A stretch of DNA of 64,000 nt from Escherichia phage IME178: sequence record NC_104190.1; one strand, 5' to 3'. How positions within the stretch are numbered: position 1 is the stretch's first letter; every line of letters starts with the position of its first letter. This document shows positions 9,803 through 19,236 of the stretch, piece by piece. The notes beneath the pieces were generated by a model. That model was given only the letters and a program-made list of their open reading frames with translations, ran no database searches and was not told the DNA's origin. The translations under genes and the position numbers were made by a program.

Positions 9803-10219
9803 TTAATCTACTGCATGTATAAATTTTTTCCTAACTAGATACATAGTTATTGGGTAAATTGAGTACATAAGTATCGGGGAGAAAAGGGTGAAATACGCTG
9901 TAACTCCCCCAGCTAACATCAAAGGTATTAATGCTAGAGTAAGGGCCATAAGAATCATACCGAATGAAACAGCCAAAGCTATGGATATAGGATTCTCTAG
10001 TTCCATCCATAACCAACAATATTTCGTATCTCTATGGCAATTGCATTTACAAACGCCGAATGAACCCATAATTATATACTCTAGTCCGTGAATAACCTTT
10101 ATTAATAAGCTATTTCGGGTAGTTAATGCAATGATAGTAAAGACTATCATTAAAACGAATACTACTAGACTTATTTTCCAGATACCTAGCAGCATCATAG
10201 TGAATAGTTCTGCAAACAT
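9803..10219 (-). CDS. membrane protein (138 aa)
   Basis: Multiple hydrophobic segments; downstream of endolysin. Confidence 0.45.
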   Translation of the reverse strand: MFAELFTMMLLGIWKISLVVFVLMIVFTIIALTTRNSLLIKVIHGLEYIIMGSFGVCKCNCHRDTKYCWLWMELENPISIALAVSFGMILMALTLALIPLMLAGGVTAYFTLFSPILMYSIYPITMYLVRKKFIHAVD

Positions 10220-10296
10220 GGCTTTCTCCTATCTTCAAAAATTATTAAAGCCCCCTTTGCCTAAAAAGGCGGGAGTATTCCCGCCTAAGTTATTAA

Positions 10297-10710
10297 TTAA
10301 ACTAGTTCGACATGACCGCCATCATAGGTACCACGTTTTATTTCATCGTGATAGTCTCCAGAATTATTCCAATCAGCACCAAAACGAAGTTTAATACCTA
10401 GTTCTTTACCCGCTTGTTCAAAAGCCTTTTTAACCGCCCAAAATGCTTCTAAGTCATTCCAATCAATTTTGCCATTAATATATGGAGCAAAATCAAGCGC
10501 ATCCCCAGTAATATGCTTGCTTTTACTAGGATCTTTTAAAAATGAAGTACCATTAGCAATATTCTGGGCACTTTGTGCTACTGTACGGATACCCTGTACG
10601 ATTGTGAAATCATATGGGGATAATTCTAAAGCTCTACGAGCTACTTTTTGTAGCTCTGGCTTAACGGTAGCTAATTGTTTTTCGCTATTTTTACCAAATT
10701 TAAAACTCAT
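10297..10710 (-). CDS. lys: endolysin, L-alanyl-D-glutamate peptidase (M15-like)
   Basis: 137 aa, the size I recall for T5 endolysin; zinc-peptidase-like H and D residues. Confidence 0.75.
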   Translation of the reverse strand: MSFKFGKNSEKQLATVKPELQKVARRALELSPYDFTIVQGIRTVAQSAQNIANGTSFLKDPSKSKHITGDALDFAPYINGKIDWNDLEAFWAVKKAFEQAGKELGIKLRFGADWNNSGDYHDEIKRGTYDGGHVELV

Positions 10711-10994
10711 ATTGATCTACCTAAAGATCTCTGTTGTGGGGAACAGAGCTTTGTTAAATATTCCTTAAATTTCTCAGAATCGGCTGCATCTACAGGATTA
10801 TCTTTCCAAGCAATACCAATATATCCAGCATAGATATTGTTTAGATTGAAATATGGACAAGTGTATATGTAATTAAAAGTAACGTTCTTAAACGCAGGTA
10901 TATTTAACCCCGTATATTTATTTACTCTTACACTTAAATCCGATGCGTAGTTAAAGCCCTCTAAGTGACGTCTGTATAGCTCAGACGTTTTTAT
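10707..10994 (-). CDS. holin-like protein, C-terminal fragment (no start codon)
   Basis: About 95 open codons ending at a TGA that overlaps the lys ATG; no ATG/GTG/TTG; frame offset from upstream ORF at an A5 run. Confidence 0.4.
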   Translation of the reverse strand: MKTSELYRRHLEGFNYASDLSVRVNKYTGLNIPAFKNVTFNYIYTCPYFNLNNIYAGYIGIAWKDNPVDAADSEKFKEYLTKLCSPQQRSLGRSI

Positions 10995-11364
10995 TTACTG
11001 CTTTATCGGCCAAGTCAGCCCTATCTAATTGCGCATTGCTTTCCCATGCAATAATGTTAGAATAATCATTAATGGCATCGGGTTTATACTTGACTACAAA
11101 AACAGCATCCGCACCCGTTTGAGAAAAGAGTACCATGCTCTTTTCTCTAGCTACATTAGGAAAGTTATCTATCCTTTGAGTTTGAACATCCTGTAGAACC
11201 GCAGACGTGGAGAAAGTCTTTAAGAATGACATCACCTCGCTAGTATTACTAACAAATAAGAAAATAATGACAGCAACTAAGATAGTTAGCAGACGTTTAA
11301 GAAGCGATGCTGGATCTTTCGCTTCTTGGAGCAGTACCGTTAATAATTGTAAGAACTTTTCCAA
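10981..11364 (-). CDS. holin-like membrane protein, N-terminal fragment
   Basis: Transmembrane segment; directly upstream of endolysin; frame breaks at the A5 run. Confidence 0.5.
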   Translation of the reverse strand: MEKFLQLLTVLLQEAKDPASLLKRLLTILVAVIIFLFVSNTSEVMSFLKTFSTSAVLQDVQTQRIDNFPNVAREKSMVLFSQTGADAVFVVKYKPDAINDYSNIIAWESNAQLDRADLADKAVNKNV

Positions 11365-11479
11365 TTGTAACCTCCTCTAACTAGTACCATTATACTAATT
11401 TTGGAGGAAAATTACAATGTATTTTTAAAGATTTTCTTTGGAGCACAAAATTTTGTCGTTGTCAAGAAGAATTTTAGAT

Positions 11480-11512
11480 AAAAGAAAAGCCAGGGTCGTT
11501 AAACCCTGGCTT
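11480..11512 (-). terminator. rho-independent terminator
   Basis: Hairpin GCCAGGG/CCCTGGC followed by a T-run on the minus strand. Confidence 0.6.
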
Positions 11513-11520
11513 AAAATTAC

Positions 11521-12120
11521 TTACTCTTCGTTGTGCTCCTCGGATTGAGGTAACTGGGCTTTATTATATTGCTCAGATCGATATTTTGCCAAGATTTCAA
11601 TACGCTTATGGATTTCTTTGCTATCTAGATAGATATTTTTGTTGTCTTTTACCATCTCGTCGATTTCGTCTATTGAGAAGAACGGATAGTAGACATCTAG
11701 CATCATATCTTCTACGAACTTGTTGTAAGATTCATAGGCTTTCTTGATTTCTTGACCTTTCTCACAGAACCCACCAGAGAATGTATGTCCCATTAGTGTA
11801 GCATGTGGATGTACCACCCATCCATGACAAGATAGGAAAATTGTGCAGTAAGCAGAAGCACTAGGACCAACCAGATGTCCTATAACTGTTCCACGGCAAT
11901 TAGCAATTAAGTTAGATAACTGTGCAGCAGTATCAACATAACCACCAGGGCCATTAATCATCAGATTAATTTCGTCGTCCTCATTTGCTTGCATAAGTAC
12001 CATTGATAAATCACGGTATTCATCCGGCGGGCCTAATTCTTCATCAAAGAAAAAGGTATACTCATTAGATTGGCGAATGGAGTGAAACAGGTTAGTCTTT
12101 TCTTCTTTTTTATTAGTCAT
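11521..12120 (-). CDS. ClpP-like serine protease
   Basis: NGPGG motif and overall ClpP/crotonase-like pattern. Confidence 0.65.
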   Translation of the reverse strand: MTNKKEEKTNLFHSIRQSNEYTFFFDEELGPPDEYRDLSMVLMQANEDDEINLMINGPGGYVDTAAQLSNLIANCRGTVIGHLVGPSASAYCTIFLSCHGWVVHPHATLMGHTFSGGFCEKGQEIKKAYESYNKFVEDMMLDVYYPFFSIDEIDEMVKDNKNIYLDSKEIHKRIEILAKYRSEQYNKAQLPQSEEHNEE

Positions 12121-12132
12121 AGCGATCCTTGA

Positions 12133-12885
12133 TTATCCAACTAGTGGTTCTAGCTCTAAGTCACAGAAGTTATAAACTTCTAGTTTAAGGTTATTGATAC
12201 CATCGAATTTATTAACTAATTCGTGAGTAATATATTTTGCAGGAATACCACTTTCAGATGGATGATCTGATTTAATAGTGAACTTCTGCTCAGCGGGTAC
12301 TACATTTACTATCAAAGAATCCATATCTAAATGGTTTGTTTCTCTGAGTAACTCTCCTTCATTGGGGAATCTAACATCTGTTATTACGGCGACATCTGGG
12401 TCGTCTTTAGCGATGGATTGCTCCAGAATTATGAGCCAAATGCGTTCATGCACCAGCTGCCTTCCTAGCTCTGTCCCTACGAGCTGTAACATTTTTCTCG
12501 GAGAAATAAATAAACTATAAAGTCCGTCTTCTTTATTCTCTGAGATAAGTTGTTGGGGATTAAGATATTTTTCCTCAAAAATAGGCCAAACGTACGAGAA
12601 GTCTTCAAACTTATCGATACCGTACTTAAACCACACATCCCTGGCTCGCTCCAACTGAGATTGTGTGACCGTAAACCATTGGTCAATCTCTTTTCCCCTG
12701 CGCCCTCCTAGAAACTCTGGAGTTACACCGAGGATTACGGATGCAAGTTCATAAACGGGCTTAGCAAAACTATAACGACGAGATAAACACGTTGGATACG
12801 TGTCATTACACCAATCGATAATTAATTTTGCAACGGTATCTTTTCCCGAACCAGCTTCACCATGTAAACCGACTAATACTGACAT
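12133..12885 (-). CDS. dnk: deoxynucleoside monophosphate kinase
   Basis: P-loop GEAGSGKDT near the N-terminus; 250 aa, the size I recall for T5 dNMP kinase. Confidence 0.75.
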   Translation of the reverse strand: MSVLVGLHGEAGSGKDTVAKLIIDWCNDTYPTCLSRRYSFAKPVYELASVILGVTPEFLGGRRGKEIDQWFTVTQSQLERARDVWFKYGIDKFEDFSYVWPIFEEKYLNPQQLISENKEDGLYSLFISPRKMLQLVGTELGRQLVHERIWLIILEQSIAKDDPDVAVITDVRFPNEGELLRETNHLDMDSLIVNVVPAEQKFTIKSDHPSESGIPAKYITHELVNKFDGINNLKLEVYNFCDLELEPLVG

Positions 12886-12900
12886 TAATCTTTCCTATTG

Positions 12901-13239
12901 TTAATTGGTGGATAGTAAACTAAGCAACGTTTTTTCTTGTAAATCTTGGCGATAGAAGCAAACCATACCAGTCAGTCGTGAAATATATGAGTATTCTGCC
13001 TCACGGCATTTTGCCAACATATTCCAATCTTTATATGGTACAACAACTACTACGCCATCTTCTCCATTTGTAGCTAATTTCTTTTCAAACTTAAAGTCAA
13101 AGCTACACGGTTGAAGTCCTTTAGGCCAGTCTACATGAGCTTGCTTTAACTCATGAGATGGCTCTGGTTTTATTTCTTCTGCACAGCCTGTGATTGTGAT
13201 TGCGGCTGCGAGCAGTATTCCAAGTTTCCAGTTAAACAC
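12901..13239 (-). CDS. putative lipoprotein
   Basis: Signal peptide with lipobox ITGC. Confidence 0.55.
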   Translation of the reverse strand: MFNWKLGILLAAAITITGCAEEIKPEPSHELKQAHVDWPKGLQPCSFDFKFEKKLATNGEDGVVVVVPYKDWNMLAKCREAEYSYISRLTGMVCFYRQDLQEKTLLSLLSTN

Positions 13240-13619
13240 GCTAATCTTTCCTCGAACTCTTTACTCTGCTTTTTAGCAATTAATGTTACCAATCCAGGCT
13301 TTGCAGCTATAATATCTTGGCGACTAAGTGCTTTATCTAACTGCTTAATCTTTTTGTCTAGATCTGCTTGAGAAATATTATTCATCGTGAAATACTGATT
13401 CATTCTAGTCTCACGAAGTTCGCTTTCAGCTTTCACCTTATTAAGCGAAGTCTCTAGAGAAGAGATCTTTTTAGTAGCTACTGCAAGATCACCTGCTAGA
13501 GTCTCCACTTTATCTACTAAATGATAAGCACCAAACCCGATGCCTATCGCTAGACCTGCTCCCAGGATATACCACTTACCGTGCCATATTCCTGAAAGAA
13601 GTTTTTGTATCAAATCCAT
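13170..13619 (-). CDS. membrane-anchored coiled-coil protein
   Basis: N-terminal transmembrane segment followed by charged helices. Confidence 0.45.
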   Translation of the reverse strand: MDLIQKLLSGIWHGKWYILGAGLAIGIGFGAYHLVDKVETLAGDLAVATKKISSLETSLNKVKAESELRETRMNQYFTMNNISQADLDKKIKQLDKALSRQDIIAAKPGLVTLIAKKQSKEFEERLACLTGNLEYCSQPQSQSQAVQKK

Positions 13620-14274
13620 GCGCTGCTAACCTGTCTTTATCTGATACTTTAATCATATCAGGCTCACCAGTTCCTAGTACTCCAAAGATATACTGTTCGA
13701 GAACTTGGTGTAAACGGTATAAGTTACTTTCAATTTCCTGCCACGGAATACCTGACTGATGGAAACGAATGTTAGTCTGAATCACGAAGTTACGAACATC
13801 ATCGTTATCGTTCTTTTTAATACCTTTCACATATGCAATCGGTACACGCAGTTCGGATAAGATACGTTCTGCTTTAGGTTTTGCTTCAGCGAGCAAATCA
13901 CGCATTGTTTCACGAACATCTCCGCGACTCTTATCCATTAAGTAAGAACGAGCATGCAATCCCATCTCTTCCATTTTATCGAACATAGTGTCGAGATTAA
14001 ACGTTTTGAAGCTAAATGCTGGATGCCAGCAGTATAGCTCGTGTAACCAGTAAACTTCACCTGCAACAAATAGTGGGTTTACAAAATATTCGAAATCACC
14101 ACGGAAAGATAGCGAACCATCACGAAATACCTGGCGAGTGTGCACAATGTTCTTTTCTGCATCATCGGTTACTTTAACCAGCAACTCTTCAGTTTTACGT
14201 TCCCAAACACGATCTGGGTCGAACAAACTGTTCTGCAAATCATACACATCAGCGAACTTAGAAATAATCCTCAT
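13576..14274 (-). CDS. hypothetical protein (232 aa)
   Basis: Long ORF downstream of promoter motif. Confidence 0.5.
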   Translation of the reverse strand: MRIISKFADVYDLQNSLFDPDRVWERKTEELLVKVTDDAEKNIVHTRQVFRDGSLSFRGDFEYFVNPLFVAGEVYWLHELYCWHPAFSFKTFNLDTMFDKMEEMGLHARSYLMDKSRGDVRETMRDLLAEAKPKAERILSELRVPIAYVKGIKKNDNDDVRNFVIQTNIRFHQSGIPWQEIESNLYRLHQVLEQYIFGVLGTGEPDMIKVSDKDRLAAHGFDTKTSFRNMAR

Positions 14275-14294
14275 ATTTAATCCTCTTGCCTCAA

Positions 14295-14345
14295 TCTATA
14301 AACATATTATACAAAAGTTTGGGCATCTAAGCAACTAAAATTTTA
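14295..14345 (-). promoter_or_regulatory. T5-type sigma70 promoter
   Basis: Minus-strand TTGCTT, 17 bp, TATAAT (14306-14311), conserved leader. Confidence 0.5.
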
Positions 14346-14349
14346 TTAT

Positions 14350-14386
14350 AAAAATAGCCCAGTCGCAACTTTGCAGGCTGGGCTTT
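14350..14386 (-). terminator. rho-independent terminator
   Basis: Hairpin AGCCCAG/CTGGGCT with T-run on the minus strand. Confidence 0.55.
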
Positions 14387-14429
14387 GTCATTATTTGCTT
14401 TTGCTAGTAAGTTGATTTTAATATCAATC

Positions 14430-14810
14430 TTATGTAATATTAGTTTCTCTAGCTTTGCGTAGTACCCCTGCATTTCTCCACAATTTGATGTCAGCAACTG
14501 TTTCTTTATATGGGGCAATGGTAGAACCAATTGGGCCAGCAACTAATAGTCCAAAGAACCCTACAATACGCATGTAGAACAAGCATTCTTTGGCTGTCAT
14601 ATTATTTACTGCTTTTTTCTGCTTTTCATCTTTAAACTTCTGTTCTTGATCATCAATACGTAGATACTTAACAAACCATTCAGCAGAATATTCGTCCAGA
14701 TGTCTAATAATAGCTATCGCATATCCAGCACCGATTAAAAACCAAGTTGTAACAAGAATTAGTAATGTAGTCATATTATCTCCAGTTATGGCTAGCAGCC
14801 ACCTCACCAC
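14430..14810 (-). CDS. membrane protein (126 aa)
   Basis: Several hydrophobic segments. Confidence 0.45.
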   Translation of the reverse strand: MVRWLLAITGDNMTTLLILVTTWFLIGAGYAIAIIRHLDEYSAEWFVKYLRIDDQEQKFKDEKQKKAVNNMTAKECLFYMRIVGFFGLLVAGPIGSTIAPYKETVADIKLWRNAGVLRKARETNIT

Positions 14811-14884
14811 TTACCGCACTAAGGGGCACGACTCCCTTATCCGTAACAGCTGCAGGTGACGCAACTCGGTCCTACGCGAGTTCT

Positions 14885-15169
14885 TTAGGTATTCTGCATT
14901 TCAGCTTTAAATTTTTTCATATTACGAGTCTTTCTATAAAAGAAAAATACAGATGTTGGGCCTAGAAGAATATCCACAATAAATATCATAGATCTAGCAC
15001 ATCTGAGTAATGTTTTATCATCAAGAGGAGGCAGATCTAACGGTCGAGTTTTATGTATAACGTATAATATTACATCTTTATTCTTAGAAATATACAGATC
15101 ATCAACCAAGCTGTAAATAGCTACTATAGATCCAATGACGAACCAAAGAGCAAATGGAGAGATAATCAT
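14885..15169 (-). CDS. membrane protein (94 aa)
   Basis: Hydrophobic segments. Confidence 0.45.
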   Translation of the reverse strand: MIISPFALWFVIGSIVAIYSLVDDLYISKNKDVILYVIHKTRPLDLPPLDDKTLLRCARSMIFIVDILLGPTSVFFFYRKTRNMKKFKAEMQNT

Positions 15170-15462
15170 TTCAGATCCTTTTCATTAATTAGAATATTAG
15201 TAAACAGTGGAGTAACTCCTAGACTCATAGTAGGTCCAAACGTATTCATGGCTACCCACAATTGCATAGTAATCATCCCATCTTTAATCTCTGGATCTTT
15301 ATATTCTTCGATACGTTTTTTAGCAAAGGCAACTACATCTGGAGTACTACCGTTCTTTACAACATGATCATGCCAAAACTGAGCGTTTTCACTCCGTAGG
15401 AATGTTAAAACATCCTTAGTTGCTGGAATCTGCACTGTGCTATTGATGTTTAGTCTTTTCAC
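15166..15462 (-). CDS. hypothetical protein (98 aa)
   Basis: ORF in array. Confidence 0.45.
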   Translation of the reverse strand: MKRLNINSTVQIPATKDVLTFLRSENAQFWHDHVVKNGSTPDVVAFAKKRIEEYKDPEIKDGMITMQLWVAMNTFGPTMSLGVTPLFTNILINEKDLK

Positions 15463-15859
15463 GTTCTTCTCTCCGACGTTTAGATTCTTTCATCATATGA
15501 GCTGCTACAACTTCGTGGTAGTAGTCATTAATGTTATCTTCTGGCAAGAAATGCTTAATAGTCTCTAGCTGACAAATAACTCGATGAAGATGGTTATTTG
15601 GTAGACACAATTTTATACCTGCAACAAATCCAGAGAAGCCTGGAACACTGAACATGGGTTGGGCTTCTACTCTACCTTCAGAGTTGATATTAAGCTCAAT
15701 TGAGATACCCATTTTCATACTATAAAGCTGGCAATATTCTCCATTACCAGACCTTGACCAAACAGTGAAATCCTCATCAATTTGATCTTGGATTTCTGTA
15801 ATTGCAAATTTAATTCTAGGGTCTAAATTATTCATCTTCACCTTCAAAGTCGCAATCAT
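15440..15859 (-). CDS. hypothetical protein (139 aa)
   Basis: ORF in array. Confidence 0.45.
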   Translation of the reverse strand: MIATLKVKMNNLDPRIKFAITEIQDQIDEDFTVWSRSGNGEYCQLYSMKMGISIELNINSEGRVEAQPMFSVPGFSGFVAGIKLCLPNNHLHRVICQLETIKHFLPEDNINDYYHEVVAAHMMKESKRRREEREKTKHQ

Positions 15860-16133
15860 AACGACAAGTAAAAGAGCTGGAGCTATTAGTACGTTGAGTG
15901 GTTATTTCACCACGTTTGCCAATAGTAACGGCTGGAGTAGAGAAGTTTTTATTAGTATAGATTTCTACTTTACCATTACGTTCTTTAACATCGCGAACTT
16001 TACCATACTCGGTAATAATACCGTTCTGTTGGACTTTAACATTACCATTTTTCATAGAAACTTTGGTAGACGCCAGAGAACCGAAACTAACTGCGGAGAT
16101 CATCAGTGCAATAATAAACTTATTCATCTTCAT
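15828..16133 (-). CDS. secreted protein with signal peptide
   Basis: Start moved to internal Met (MKMNKFIIALMISAVSFGSLAS), which gives a classic signal peptide. Confidence 0.45.
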   Translation of the reverse strand: MKMNKFIIALMISAVSFGSLASTKVSMKNGNVKVQQNGIITEYGKVRDVKERNGKVEIYTNKNFSTPAVTIGKRGEITTQRTNSSSSFTCRYDCDFEGEDE

Positions 16134-16401
16134 CCTCCCCACTACAATCACGACATACATCATAATCGTTGAAAGAACGTTCGTGAGCTTCACACCACCA
16201 AGAACAAGAATCGCAGAGGAACATTTCGGTTTTCTCCAGTGCTTGACCTAAAAGATCATCAGCTTCCTCAGCAGTAATCTTCAATCCGCACACATCTGCC
16301 ACACGTTCTTTAATTAAACGACCTGCTTCATGGTAGGACATACAGGTTCCCGCAACATCATGCTCAAGAACATGAACAGCACAGTCTAGACGAGTTTTCA
16401 T
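16120..16401 (-). CDS. Cys-rich hypothetical protein (93 aa)
   Basis: CDSCSWWC and CRDC motifs suggest zinc binding; promoter upstream. Confidence 0.45.
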   Translation of the reverse strand: MKTRLDCAVHVLEHDVAGTCMSYHEAGRLIKERVADVCGLKITAEEADDLLGQALEKTEMFLCDSCSWWCEAHERSFNDYDVCRDCSGEDEDE

Positions 16402-16419
16402 TTCAAACCTCTCTCATCA

Positions 16420-16470
16420 ATTTATAAACATATTATAGCAAGAAAAGAGAGGTTTAGCAAATGAATTATT
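16420..16470 (-). promoter_or_regulatory. T5-type sigma70 promoter
   Basis: Minus-strand TTGCTA (16455-16460), 17 bp, TATAAT (16432-16437), conserved leader. Confidence 0.55.
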
Positions 16471-16477
16471 TCAGAAT

Positions 16478-16825
16478 TTAGTCATAGCACCACCATAACC
16501 CACGCTTACGCATGTCATGATCGCGATTATAATCGTAATTTTCTGGATCTTTCATCACGCGGTGGAGTTCTTGACGATTACCTTGACGAACCATCTTATT
16601 AGAGTGCCACTTAACATTCTTACTAATAGAATTCCAGTTATAACCATCCTTTTTCTCATTACGAATGGTTGCTTCCTTCATTTCTTTTTTGATGTCGTCC
16701 CAGGATTTGGCATAAATAACACGAATCCAGTAGCCATTTTCTTTGAAGAAAGAATATTCTTGAGAGAAGTGTTCTTTAGACTTCCACCACTGATCACCAG
16801 ATTGTTTACGATAAGTACGGCTCAT
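16478..16825 (-). CDS. hypothetical protein (115 aa)
   Basis: ORF in array. Confidence 0.45.
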   Translation of the reverse strand: MSRTYRKQSGDQWWKSKEHFSQEYSFFKENGYWIRVIYAKSWDDIKKEMKEATIRNEKKDGYNWNSISKNVKWHSNKMVRQGNRQELHRVMKDPENYDYNRDHDMRKRGLWWCYD

Positions 16826-16903
16826 ATTACCTCCATTAAGTCTTTTAAATTAACCTAATGTGGATGAATTTTATTATACATATATTATGTACCTTTATAC
16901 AGA

Positions 16904-16940
16904 AAAACCCCAGACTACTTATTCAATAGCTGGGGTTTGT
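16904..16940 (-). terminator. rho-independent terminator
   Basis: Hairpin ACCCCAG/CTGGGGT followed by a T-run on the minus strand. Confidence 0.55.
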
Positions 16941-16946
16941 TATTAA

Positions 16947-17261
16947 TTACAGGTCGGGGCGTTCATCTTCTAAACAGCCTGAGCTGATTCCTTCTCCGAA
17001 TCCTACAAAGCCATCAAATTCATCATTTGAGATGCCCATAATCATCGCTTCCATTTTCCTGATCTCCGAGGTTTTCATGCCTGCTTTACTATTCTTATAG
17101 TACTTGCGAGGGTTCCCACACATCCAACAAGAACAGATGCAAGGAGTAGTAGTGATAATACCTAACCGCTTAGGGCTTTCTTCATGTGGAAAGACTGTCC
17201 AGTACTTCTTGCGGTTGTTCTTTACACGTTGCCTGTGATGACGTCTTAATGCTCGATCCAC
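16947..17261 (-). CDS. Cys-rich hypothetical protein (104 aa)
   Basis: PCICSCWMC cysteine cluster. Confidence 0.45.
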   Translation of the reverse strand: MDRALRRHHRQRVKNNRKKYWTVFPHEESPKRLGIITTTPCICSCWMCGNPRKYYKNSKAGMKTSEIRKMEAMIMGISNDEFDGFVGFGEGISSGCLEDERPDL

Positions 17262-17342
17262 ACATTTCTCCTAAAACTTGGGAGATAAACGGAGTTTGCT
17301 CGACTACCTTGCGTAGCTGGGAGAAATCGTACCCAAACCCCA

Positions 17343-17711
17343 TTACATCGCCTGAGTAAATGTACGACTAATAACGTCGTTCTGTTGTTCACGAGTCAGT
17401 GCATTAAATCGAACAGCGTACCCTGAAACACGGATAGTTAATTGAGGGTATTTTTCAGGATGTTTCTGCGCATCCAAAAGCTGATCACGGCTTAATACAT
17501 TGACATTTAGGTGCTGACCACCTTCGATTTGAGGAACCACTTCCACATCTACAATGCGAAAGGCCTCAGGGTCAAAGTGAGGTGTGATACCTTCTAGATC
17601 TTCAACTAGAACTTTCTGTTTAAGTTCACCATTATCGGAATATAGCTGAATGATCTGATTATTATGAACAATATTAATTACGCCAGATTTAAGGTTTTGA
17701 TATGCTTTCAT
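17343..17711 (-). CDS. grcA: autonomous glycyl radical cofactor (GrcA/YfiD-like)
   Basis: C-terminus [10 protein letters not shown]...[17 protein letters not shown]...TFT matches the glycyl-radical domain of E. coli GrcA and PFL. Confidence 0.8.
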   Translation of the reverse strand: MKAYQNLKSGVINIVHNNQIIQLYSDNGELKQKVLVEDLEGITPHFDPEAFRIVDVEVVPQIEGGQHLNVNVLSRDQLLDAQKHPEKYPQLTIRVSGYAVRFNALTREQQNDVISRTFTQAM

Positions 17712-17753
17712 TAGATCTCCCCGATGTTAGAATTTGGCTCAGCTATTTATTCT

Positions 17754-17948
17754 TTATACTTTTCCATAGTATACGGAAACTGTCTTACCAGTTTGGTTCA
17801 TGACATATGCTACTTCATCTTCTTTTAAAAAGATGGCTTGGTCTACTCCAACTATAGCCAGTCTTTTATTTCTAGGATTAAAGCTTACACTTTTGCCTGT
17901 ATGAATCTGTTCCCCATTCTTGGCTGACATTATTTTAATTGTTAACAT
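17754..17948 (-). CDS. hypothetical protein (64 aa)
   Basis: Small ORF. Confidence 0.4.
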   Translation of the reverse strand: MLTIKIMSAKNGEQIHTGKSVSFNPRNKRLAIVGVDQAIFLKEDEVAYVMNQTGKTVSVYYGKV

Positions 17949-17985
17949 AGCTGCTCCTAAAGTTAGCTATCTCTAGCTCTTTTAA

Positions 17986-18061
17986 TGGTAGTTAGTAGTG
18001 GATTTGAACCACTGTAGTCGCTCCGTATGAAGGAGGTGCATAACCACTCTGCCAACTAACT
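17986..18061 (-). tRNA. tRNA with CAU anticodon (Met or Ile2)
   Basis: Hand-folded cloverleaf, acceptor AGTTAGT/ACTAACT, loop TTCATAC, encoded CCA. Confidence 0.65.
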
Positions 18062-18157
18062 ATTATGTTTTACTAGACTAAGTAAGTATTCTTTATACTC
18101 TTTAGACCAATTAGCTTTTTTAAACTTTCCTGGACGCATAGTCTTAATTCCTAAATT

Positions 18158-18234
18158 TGGTACTCCGGGAGGGATTTAAACCCCCGATCTCTCGGTTATC
18201 AGCCGAGTGCTTTAGATCGCTAAGCTACCGAAGC
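18158..18234 (-). tRNA. tRNA-Ile (anticodon GAU)
   Basis: Hand-folded: anticodon stem CTCGG/CCGAG, loop CTGATAA, encoded CCA. Confidence 0.7.
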
Positions 18235-18235
18235 A

Positions 18236-18463
18236 TTAACATTTTGCAGCAGAACGTTTGCCATTTCTAGGTGCACCTGGAAGTCGTGCACGTTCTGTCA
18301 TTCTTCGCTTAATCTTTGAGATATTATCTAGTGTTTGTTCTTCAGGCTTAATACCTGAAACACTACACCACTGATTACCATCCCATGCGGTAATGATCAT
18401 AACACCATTACTCATGATCTTTTCTGTAAAAGTAATCCTCATTATAGCAACTCGTCTAAGCAA
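18236..18463 (-). CDS. hypothetical protein (75 aa)
   Basis: Small ORF between tRNA genes. Confidence 0.35.
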   Translation of the reverse strand: MLRRVAIMRITFTEKIMSNGVMIITAWDGNQWCSVSGIKPEEQTLDNISKIKRRMTERARLPGAPRNGKRSAAKC

Positions 18464-18735
18464 GAGGTATATTTAAGTTTACCATCTTTATCTACTTTGA
18501 TTTCGACTTCCGCTCGTGGTACTTGACGAACTACACCATGAATCATCTTATAGCGAATGCCTTTAGCTGGTTCACGCTCTTTTGGAAATACTTGCTTAAC
18601 CGTTACTACCTTAAAACCCTCACGCGGTGTTAACACTACTACTTGATCACCTTCTTTGATCTTCCAAGAGCCAGGAAATTCGTAAGTATAGCGTTGACCA
18701 CCAGTTTGGAACACAACAGAAAGATAACGTTTCAT
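18442..18735 (-). CDS. hypothetical protein (97 aa)
   Basis: ORF downstream of promoter motif. Confidence 0.45.
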   Translation of the reverse strand: MKRYLSVVFQTGGQRYTYEFPGSWKIKEGDQVVVLTPREGFKVVTVKQVFPKEREPAKGIRYKMIHGVVRQVPRAEVEIKVDKDGKLKYTSCLDELL

Positions 18736-18744
18736 TTGGCTTCC

Positions 18745-18800
18745 CTCTCATTAATTTATATAAATATTATAACAATAAATAAGAGAGAAAGCAAATGAAT
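18745..18800 (-). promoter_or_regulatory. T5-type sigma70 promoter
   Basis: Minus-strand TTGCTT, 17 bp, TATAAT (18766-18771), conserved leader. Confidence 0.5.
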
Positions 18801-18802
18801 TT

Positions 18803-18970
18803 TTAATAAAGTTTAGTCACTTCATAAACTATACTACGAGATTCTTTATTACGTTCTATTAAATTAGCATATGCTTTTTCAGCTTCATTTTTAGTATTAA
18901 AGTCTATAACGTGGGAGGTATTAGCTCTGTTTGATTGACTATACCAGATAACTACTAGGAGTTTAAACAT
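18803..18970 (-). CDS. hypothetical protein
   Basis: Start moved to internal Met so the ORF does not overlap the adjacent tRNA. Confidence 0.35.
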   Translation of the reverse strand: MFKLLVVIWYSQSNRANTSHVIDFNTKNEAEKAYANLIERNKESRSIVYEVTKLY

Positions 18971-18984
18971 AATAGTCCTTAAAT

Positions 18985-19071
18985 TGGTGCTGGGCACAGG
19001 ATTCGAACCTGCAATGGGATTACTCCTCCTGATTACAAATCAGGTGCATTCAACCATTCTGCCAACCCAGC
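18985..19071 (-). tRNA. tRNA with long variable arm; anticodon ambiguous (UGU or GUA)
   Basis: Acceptor GCTGGGT/GCCCAGC, T-arm GGTTCGAATCC, 15-nt variable region, loop TTTGTAA. Confidence 0.55.
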
Positions 19072-19236
19072 AAAACCCGTTATTTCAACGGGATTTCTTT
19101 TTCAATAACAGGAGACTTGTCAGCCATAACTGTCATTGCCATTTGTTGTAGAAATTCAAAAGTGAAGGCTACACGTTCTTCACCAATCTCTACTTCTACA
19201 CGTTTCTTTTGTTTATCAATCTTGACTTTTAGGTTA

